From Amoebophrya sp. A120 (lineage: Eukaryota > Protista > Dinoflagellata), in the NCBI GenBank assembly GCA_905178155.1, contig CAJINV010000001.1:5075992-5117601 (forward strand): a DNA stretch of 41,610 nucleotides, read 5' to 3'. The notes beneath the pieces are model-generated. The model saw only the letters and a list, made by a program, of their open reading frames with translations. It was not told where the DNA came from and made no database searches. Made by a program: the position numbers and the translations under genes. This document shows positions 34,071 to 41,610 of the stretch, one piece after another (position 1 is the stretch's first letter; the number at the start of each line of letters is the position of its first letter).

Positions 34071-37000
34071 TTAAGAACAAGAACCTCTGTTGTAGTCATG
34101 CAGTACTTCTGCGGAGGTCTCCTGCGGACACAGGCGGATGCACAACTCGCATACGGATTCTTGCACTTTCATGCTGGCCATCTTCTGCATCATGAAGTAG
34201 TACTCCGTTTGCAGCGACTATCCAAGAAAAAAACTGTGTAAGTGTAAGTTTGTAGGAAGAGCAGCATCACAAATTCGCTTTGCATTACAGGGAAAACCTA
34301 TCATGCGCAGCTAGTACGTGGAAACACCTATGAAAGTAGCCTATGAAGCAGATCCAGCATGACAAGTGTATACAGTTTTGCACTTTCTGCATCACAGACT
34401 TACGCTCACATAGTTTTCTTCTGGCATAGCGACCGGACCTTGTCCGCGCGTTCGCTCTCATATCAAATGTAAAAGTGTCTGGGTCTGGAAGATTGCCAGG
34501 TTTACCATGCACATTTTGCATGACTCCTGATGTCTGTGATGCATGCCCTAGCGTCACAGATTTTGTGAGGGCTTCCTGATGCCTATACCGCATGACCAAT
34601 GCTCTTTCCGTGTGGCAAAACTTGAACCCTCTTTGCAGCTGCTCATGCAATACAGATTTTTTTAGAATCCAAAATCAGCATGACAAGTTGGATTCTTCCA
34701 GACCCAGACATTTTTACAGTTGATATCTCATCCAGCGCTTCGAATGTGAGTTGGATCCGCCCCGGCAGCTTATGGGAGTCGAGTGTCAGTATTGAAATCG
34801 AAAAAGTTGAATATAACTTGTAATGCTAAACCGAAAGCGAAATAATTTGTAATGCATAAAATCGATACCAGTTGGAAGCCCAATTTCCAAGCGGCCGGCG
34901 CATGACAAATTTCGGCACCGTTTACATCCAGCTTGTCATTCTGTTTAGGGACAGAAAACGTCCTTTGTCATGCTACTTTAGCAGCTCTATCGCAGACCCC
35001 AAACAGGATGACAGTCGGCCTCGCTTGCCATCCCTGCAATAGAGGCGCGCGCGCTTCATGTCTTGATGCAATTTATGCATGGAAAATCATTTCAACTTTG
35101 TCGATTTCAAACCTGACGCTTGCATACAGCTCCGGCGACTTGTAGTCTTTGAATTTGTCGAACTCTTCGCGGTTCAGAGAGCCGAAGCAGTGCACGGTGA
35201 GCTGAGAGAGCATATGAACTGCAGAAGTATCGTACTAGTATGAATCGCGTGACAAATTAGCTTAGCATGACGAATGGAATTTGTCATGCTGTTTTACCTT
35301 GGGAAAAAGATCTGTAATGCATGATTGCAATTACTACGAGTACGATACTTTTGCACAGGATAGAGCAGTTGCGAAAGCAGTTCGTGCTTGCCGCGGGCCA
35401 TGTTATCAAGTGTAAAATGTCTGGGTCTGGAAGAGTTCATGTTTGTCATGCTTGTCTAGCATGACCCTTAAATCTGTCATGCACGTTACCCAAGAGCTCC
35501 GTTTTTCTGTGATGCAGAAGCGCAGTCTGTCATGTAGAATAGGCAACACCTAGGAGCTCAGAAACTTGTCATGCTGAGCCAGCATCTGTAGCCTCATCAT
35601 GAGACGCCACCCAGCATCACAAGTTTCCAGACCCAGACATTTTTACATTTGATACATGTAGAGTTCGTACAGCTGCTTCTGCCGCACTTCCTCCCCGCCC
35701 CGCAACGCCCACTTGGAGTTCTGCACTTCCTGTCCCGACATCTTCAGACAGGTGTGCAGCAGCTTGTAGGTATCAGCGTCCCCTTGCTTTTGCACAAGTA
35801 TCCAAGAAGGGCACAAATTGACTAACACGAGGGCAAAATCGAGGTCATCTACTTCTTCTTTTCGCGGTCCTCTACTTCGAGCACGAGCGTTTCAACTTTA
35901 ATGTTCTCAAGACAATCACCTTATATCTCCATGAAGATGAACATGCAGGCCCACTAGACTACATAAAGATCATGAAGACAGTATCTATCACTATGACTAT
36001 GAGCTGCATGTAAGTACGACTGAAACTAGGTATGACATATCATTCTTGACTCCGCCTACTTCCTTGAGCAAGCCAGCACAAATCAGATAAATTTAAGTGG
36101 AGTTTTTACTACATATGCATGCACTATCATACTTACTATGATAATGCTTGTGCTGCACCTTCCACTCCCCCGCCCTTGCACGAGCACGACGGTCCTTCTG
36201 GATACAATTCAGCATTGCCACCCCGAGCTGCTGCACCGAGATGTTTTCGCGATTGAGCCACAGCATCAGGCGATGCGCGCGGTCGCCCAGCTGCTTGATT
36301 GCGTCGGTGACCTCGTCCGCCTTGTCGCTGTTGAGGTTAAACACGTTGTTCCCCAAAAACAGATCCGCGACCTCGGTGCGCATTTTCTCGATTTTGTTGT
36401 CCCGGTCCCAGAGCGAAGCGTGCTTCATGCCATCCACCTTCTCGTAGATAATCCGGTTAAACCAGTCGAACGCCAGGTACTGCGAGTCCGTTTATCCCAC
36501 AGAAAAAAGCAGGAAAATCTGCACTGCGTATCCCAAATAGCATGCTTTCAGCTCGCCAATGACAGACTCACTTTTTTTCAATTTCACTTCTGATTCTGTT
36601 AAATTATTTATTTCTTTTGCGTTTGCCAATGTGCCCTGCCTGCTTTTTGCTGTATGATATCCCCTCCTGGTTGCCCAGCGCGTCGGACAGCATCGCTTCG
36701 GCGAGCGCCTTGCTGGTCGGGTCCGCTCCGCCGCCTGTTTCTTTGTTCACGTGTGCGTTTGGGAAGAAAATCTGGCTCAGGTACAGCCGTGCCATTTTCT
36801 TGATCTCGTCGTCCGCCTGCTTCCGTTGCTTCACCTCCTCCCGCACCCGCCCATATGCGGCGTGCACGAGCTCCTTGAGAACTTTCTTCGACATAGCGCT
36901 TTTGCCGGGGAGCGCTGTTCCGTCGGGCGTAGTACTACTAGCTACAGTAGCGCCTTCTTCTCCGCTCAGTTGTTGTTCCTTTTTGGCCAGCATTTCCTGG

Positions 37001-38212
37001 GCGTGCAAGTCCTTTCCCATCTGATAGGCTGCGTCGCAGAACTCGCACTTCACCTCCCCGTTCGGCTGCTCCTTGAACAGCATGTTCGTCAGCATCGAAG
37101 CCGCCGTCGCCTTTGCGTCCAGCACATTGGAGGGGACTACACGACGACCCGCACCGAAATCAAAAAGCGTCTCGCCCTTTTTCAGCCCGAAGTCCGAGTT
37201 TGGGATCAGCATGTCGACGACGTACTCCACCTTCTCGCCGTTTTGCCGCTTGTTAATCTTCAGCTTCTATGAACTGCAAATGTATGAATATCGTACTCGT
37301 ATAAATGCATTACAAATTTGAATTTCTCAGCATGAGAGTAAAATCTGTAACTGTAATGCGGATTTTCCTTAAGAAAAAGATTTGTAATGCATGACTGCAA
37401 TACGAGTACGATAGTTTTGCACAGGATAGCTTCTGTTCGTCCAGGAGATTGGTGATGTTCTTCCCCGTTCCATCGTCCAGCGGCGGAGCCGGGGGATACT
37501 GCACATTAAACTCATCATCACCCTGCTGGTCCGAAGTTGAACTATCAGCATTTTGATTTCCAGATCCTGTCCCGGTAGAAGTTGCCGTCTGCTCCCATTC
37601 TTCATTGGCGTCCTCCTCGTCGCCTTCGTCATCGTCACCCGCACGGAACATTTTTGTCTTCTTTGCGGGAGCTGCTTCTTTTTCGGCAGCACGTTCAGCA
37701 GCGAAGGCGGGCGCTTCCGCCTCCCCTTCCTCGACATCTTCAACACCATCACCTGGATTGTTGTGGTGCTGCTCAGCCTCAGGTGCTGGAGCACCAGCAT
37801 GCTGGGCTGGACGAGAGCTAGTACTCTTAGTGGTTTGATGCTCCCGGCGAGAGAGATTCTTGCTCCCGATGGGCAGCTCCTTGTTCGCATTTTCTACTTG
37901 CACCTTTTCCACCTCCCCGGCGGTGAGTTTATCCTCCGATCTGGTTTCGACGTGGTGGTGGTCCCGCCCGGGCGTGTCCTTACTGGTCGACAATGTAGGA
38001 GGTTCGTCCGACTGCTCCTGCAGGTCATCCCGTACACGAACGACGTTGTCATGGTCGGTACTACCGTGTTGCGCAGTAGAACTTGGGACAGCAGATGTTG
38101 AGCCGGCTTTTACAGGAGCGACAACATTCGGATTCGCGTTTGCAAAAAGCCCAGCACCGCTGTAGCATAGTAGAAACGAAAAGAACGATGCCCAGGAAAT
38201 AGAACAACACAT
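34071..38212 (-). CDS. Predicted secreted hypothetical protein (about 711 aa) split by eight introner-type introns
   Basis: Signal-peptide-like start MCCSISWASFFSFLLCYSGAGLFANA. Exons 38212-37429, 37262-36660, 36487-36205, 35793-35655, 35398-35363, 35207-35127, 34765-34726, 34455-34429, 34213-34071 sum to 2136 nt in one open frame. Two junctions (36493 and 35799 elements) are less certain. Confidence 0.75.
34219..34428. mobile_element. Introner, 210 bp
   Basis: Ends TATCCAAGAAAAAAACTGTG and (reverse complement) TATGCCAGAAGAAAACTATG. Direct repeat GCGAC. Frame restored (KVRSLQTEYY). Confidence 0.9.
34461..34725. mobile_element. Introner with family A termini and a different interior, 265 bp
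   Basis: Same TATCAA...TGTCTGGGTCTGGAA TIR as 630-881. Direct repeat TCTCA. Frame restored (ALDESERAD). Confidence 0.93.
34771..35126. mobile_element. Introner, 356 bp
   Basis: TATG...CATA ends with a weak inverted repeat. Direct repeat CAGCT. Frame restored (SPELPGRIQ). Confidence 0.87.
35213..35362. mobile_element. Introner family B, 150 bp
   Basis: TATGAACTGCA...TTTTGCACAGGATA. Direct repeat GAGCA. Same ends as 37268-37428. Frame restored. Confidence 0.92.
35404..35654. mobile_element. Introner family A, 251 bp (inverted copy of 630-881)
   Basis: Direct repeat CATGT. Frame restored (YELYMARGKH). Confidence 0.95.
35799..36204. mobile_element. Probable decayed introner, 406 bp
   Basis: Ends TATCCAAGAAGG and (reverse complement) TATCCAGAAGG. 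The direct repeat is not intact. Removing the element plus 5 nt, or using the overlapping GT with a downstream AG, joins the flanking ORFs in frame. Confidence 0.5.
36493..36659. mobile_element. Introner with decayed direct repeat, 167 bp
   Basis: Ends TATCCCACAGAAAAAAGCAGG and (reverse complement) TATCATACAGCAAAAAGCAGG. Flanks CCGTT and TCCCC differ. Removing the element plus 5 nt is in frame. Confidence 0.75.
37268..37428. mobile_element. Introner family B, 161 bp
   Basis: Direct repeat GCTTC. Removal fuses the 38212 and 37230 ORFs (DEQKLKINKRQ). Confidence 0.93.
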
Positions 38213-38860
38213 TCTGGAGCCTGGTCCGTTGCTCTGAACTGGCACTAAGGAATCCATCGGCATCACTTTCATACACCAGCTAATTCCGAAGCTGAAGGGT
38301 CTACTTTTCACGTGGTTCAATAACAAAAACAGTATTCTTATCCTTGCATATGCAAAAACGAATGTTGGAATTCTTTCATGACATGGTAGACTTCTTGTTC
38401 GCTCTAAATTTTATCTCGAAAGAACTTGACAACATGAACATACTGCTCTAAGACGGTCGCGCTCGATAAACTCATCCCAATCTATCTCTCAAAGACGCAC
38501 AGAAAATCACGCCAGAAGCACAGACGTCGGGGCCAGAGACGGATGGACACAAACACCACTATGATAATCGCTGGGCACTGAGAACACAATCGACGTTCGC
38601 TCCGTTACAAGACACAGATACTCAGCGAGAATTGACTTGATACTGCTTCGAAATTATAAGTCCATAGTTCTTTTGGTTTTCCTGTCGCGTGGCTGGTTGT
38701 CGCTGTAGCGTTAACAGAGCATGCACTTGTTCTACTTTTCTTGTTCTACTTTTCGTTTATGCCGCAATCCACTTTCGGAACGATTCCGCATTATGATAGA
38801 TCTTACTCCTTGTTGACCGACGCTGTGCATCAATTCGTGTTCAATAATTCCCCGTCCGAT

Positions 38861-39616
38861 TCAGTATTTCCATCGGTTGAAAACCCAGCCTTTTCCGGTT
38901 TTGGCGTTTATCATACAGAGTTTTTTCCCGACGCTGGTACACAGCCGCGACTTTGCCGCCACCGTGCCCCAGGTTGTTAGGTGATGTGTGTGGTTTTCCC
39001 CATGAGCTTTCGCGTCAAAGGTTCCGCCATGGTCTACCAACACCGCAAATTTGGCGTGATTTTTTCCCTGACCACTCCCCTCGTAGACGAGAAAGTCAAC
39101 GCCAAACTTCAATCCGGAGCGAACTATGTAGCCTCGTTCTTTTAACATAGCGTAGACGCTGTTTCGGTTCTTTCTGGAAATTTCAACAAAAGACATAGTA
39201 CAACGTTCGGAAGAAGTTGTTACTCGATCCGGCACTTCTATCTCGTCATGTAATTCCTTCCCCGGAGACTTTTTGCTCCTTTTTGGTGGTGAAGGTACTG
39301 TAGCACCTGCGCTAGCATCAACATCCTGTCGCGCTGCTCTGCTAGAAGAGGAGCTCGATGCTGAAGCTGAAGCCCCAGCGGTCCCTGCAGCTTTTTTGGC
39401 AGTTCCTTGTTCACTGATCAGCTTTTTTTCCCGCAAAAAAGCCATTTCCTGGCGGTCGAAAACGAGATGGGAATCGTCGAGAATACTACCCATCCCCATA
39501 CGGTGAATGACCTTTTCGTACCATTCCAAGGAGACTTCTTTCGACTGCACGAAGCATCGTCCGGTGTGCACACACTCCTCCAGAGCTGTTATCGGCGGCA
39601 AGAGAGAGGGCTCCAT
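38861..39616 (-). CDS. tRNA-splicing endonuclease catalytic subunit (Sen2/Sen34 family, more Sen2-like)
   Basis: VYAMLKERGYIVRSGLKFGVDFLVY...NHAKFAV...W...SRLCTSVGKK contains the Tyr/His/Lys catalytic triad positions of the tRNA intron endonuclease C-terminal domain. Confidence 0.88.
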   Translation of the reverse strand: MEPSLLPPITALEECVHTGRCFVQSKEVSLEWYEKVIHRMGMGSILDDSHLVFDRQEMAFLREKKLISEQGTAKKAAGTAGASASASSSSSSRAARQDVDASAGATVPSPPKRSKKSPGKELHDEIEVPDRVTTSSERCTMSFVEISRKNRNSVYAMLKERGYIVRSGLKFGVDFLVYEGSGQGKNHAKFAVLVDHGGTFDAKAHGENHTHHLTTWGTVAAKSRLCTSVGKKLCMINAKTGKGWVFNRWKY

Positions 39617-40074
39617 GGTGTTCGGAAGTTCTACTACTTGACAACGTCTGGATATTTGTTCGCTACAGCATCGTAGTTTTCTGCAGCTCAATTACGGGCA
39701 CAAGTTACACTAACGTTCGCAGATGATCTCTCGATTAATACGCAGGGATCGCGCAGCCAGGGGTGTCACAGTCGCTGTCACATCATATAATTAATTTGCT
39801 GCTACTTGAACCTGATCGTGATTGCCGTTGCCATGCCATGGGTCATTACAGCACAGAGATCGAGATCCGGTGAATAGTGGCATCGGGAGCGAAGAACTGC
39901 TTGCTCTTGGATGCCGAAACAGACGGAGACGCAGACTCAAACAAAGTCTAGGAACCTCCTCAGGTCGAGAATTTTTTTTTGTAAATGTAACTCAGAACCT
40001 GGTTGCATTTTGAAGGTTCACTAACTTGCTTATCCTTTTCTTGTCTTTCTGCGGACATGTAAAGCTGTGAGGTG

Positions 40075-41108
40075 TGCGTGCGCGCGCGCGCGCGTTTTGC
40101 GTGTTTTTGCGCGCGCGCGCGCGCTTTTTGGCGCGTTTGCGCGTGCGCGCGCGCGCGCGGAGCTGCGTTTTTGCGCGCACGCGCGCGCGCACGCTTTTAA
40201 GCCAGGTGTGTCAGATGTGTGTGTGCGCGCTTCCGCGCGCGCTGGTGTGCGCGGCGCGCGCGCGCGCGCACACGGGGACCAGGAGGAGGTGCGCGCGCGC
40301 GCGCGCTCCCGCTCGCGCTCCTGTGCTCTGCGCGCGCGCGCGCGCACACGGGGATGCGGAGGAGGTGCGCGCGCGCGCGCGCTCCCGCGCGCGCCCCTGT
40401 GCGCGGCGCGCGCGCGCACAGGGGGACCAGGAGGAGGTGCGCGCGCGCGCGCGCTCCCGCGCGCGCTCCTGTGCTCTGCGCGCGCGCGCACACGGGGATG
40501 CGGAGGAGGTGCGCGCGCGCGCGCGCACAGGGGGACCAGGAGGAGGTGCGCGCGCGCACGCGCTCCCGCGCGCGCTCCTGTGCTCTGCACGCGCGCGCGC
40601 GCGCGCGCGCGCACACGGGGATGCGGAGGAGGTGCGCGCGCGCGCGCGCCCCCGCGCGCGCTCCTGTGCGCGGCGCGCGCGCGCGCGCGCACAGGGGGAC
40701 CAGGAGGAGGTGCGCGCGCGCTCCCGCGCGCGCTCCTGTGCGCTGCGCGCGCGCGCGCGCGCACACGGGGATGCGGAGGGGACGCGCGCGCGCGCGCTCC
40801 CGCGCGCGCTCCTGTGCGCGGCGCGCGCGCGCGCGCACAGGGGGACCAGGAGGAGGTGCGCGCGCGCGCGCGCACAGGGGGACCAGGAGGAGGTGCGCGC
40901 GCGCGCGCGCACAGGGGGACCAGGAGGAGGTGCGCGCGCGCGCGCGCTCCCGCGCGCGCTCCTGTGCGCTGCGCGCGCGCGCGCGCACACGGGGATGCGG
41001 AGGGGACGCGCGCGCGCGCGCTCCCGCGCGCAGACGGGGATGCGGAGGAGGCGCGCGCGCGCTCCCGCGCGCACACGGGGATGAGGAGGAGACGCGCGCG
41101 CGCACGCA
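40075..41108. repeat. (CG)n-rich compound satellite
   Basis: Variable-length alternating CG tracts are separated by the conserved spacers GGGGACCAGGAGGAGGT, GGGGATGCGGAGGAGGT and CTCCTGTG. Confidence 0.95.
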
Positions 41109-41610
41109 CTTGGATGGGGAGGAGACGGAGCAGTCCACCGCTCTTGGTGGTTGAAAAAGGTGTCTGTGCGTGAAGGCTCCAAAGGTCGAGCGTTGCCAAG
41201 CTACTCCCGACGGCAGGCTTGCGCCTGAAGGACGCTCTTTCTATTCCTGTTGTCCTCCAGACGCAATGTCCTACCCGCGCTCTTGCCTGGGAGCGCGTTT
41301 CGCTTGCGCGGTTGCTTGGGTGCGTGCTTGCTTCTGTGGCCGGGTTGTTCTACTGTGGCAGGGTGATCTTGGCCCATTTCATCAACCACCGGGGGCATCA
41401 ACCCCACCACCCACCTACGAGGCACAACAGCGGCTACCATTAGCCAGGCACAGAGCAGGCGAGGGGAGGGGCAGGCAGGCAGCCGCCGCTGTCCCGAGCC
41501 GCCGCTGGCTCGCGGGCCGGGCAATTTCATCAGCCACATCAGCCGGCCAGGCGCAGGGCACGCAGGCAAAGGGGCGGGCAGACAAGGGCATGTCCACCTT
41601 AATCAGACAG

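Noticed and set aside
35849-35920. Possible terminal exon ENIKVETLVLEVEDREKKK-stop, which would split the 34071-38212 model into two genes
   Set aside because: It lies inside the putative 35799-36204 element and has no convincing in-frame donor. Not excluded without cDNA.
40030-41199. Six overlapping Arg-Ala-rich ORFs
   Set aside because: Artefacts of (CG)n repeats.
1-41610. Autonomous transposase, rRNA/tRNA genes, dinoflagellate spliced-leader relics
   Set aside because: None was recognised by eye. A covariance-model or profile search would be needed to exclude them.

Overview
Eukaryotic (protist) genomic DNA, most consistent with a parasitic syndinian dinoflagellate of the Amoebophrya type; this attribution is inferred from gene architecture, not from a search. 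Every supportable gene lies on the minus strand. Recognisable genes are a RanBP1-type Ran-binding-domain protein, APC6/CDC16 and a Sen2/Sen34-type tRNA-splicing endonuclease. There are also four tandem paralogues of an unrecognised family with an F-box-like motif, a predicted secreted protein of about 711 aa, and several hypothetical ORFs. The main system is a set of at least nine MITE-like introners (150-356 bp). Each has TAT...ATA inverted termini, an exact 5-bp flanking direct repeat and internal GCAT(G/C/T)ACA motifs. Removing an element plus one direct repeat restores the reading frame in every case, and no GT-AG is needed. Two copies about 94% identical lie in opposite orientation within their host transcripts. 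Several decayed copies appear to have converted to GT-AG introns. A GC-rich repeat island at 15.1-20.1 kb holds two satellites and nested non-autonomous TIR elements, and a (CG)n-rich satellite lies at 40.1-41.1 kb. All gene models were assembled by hand and need RNA confirmation.
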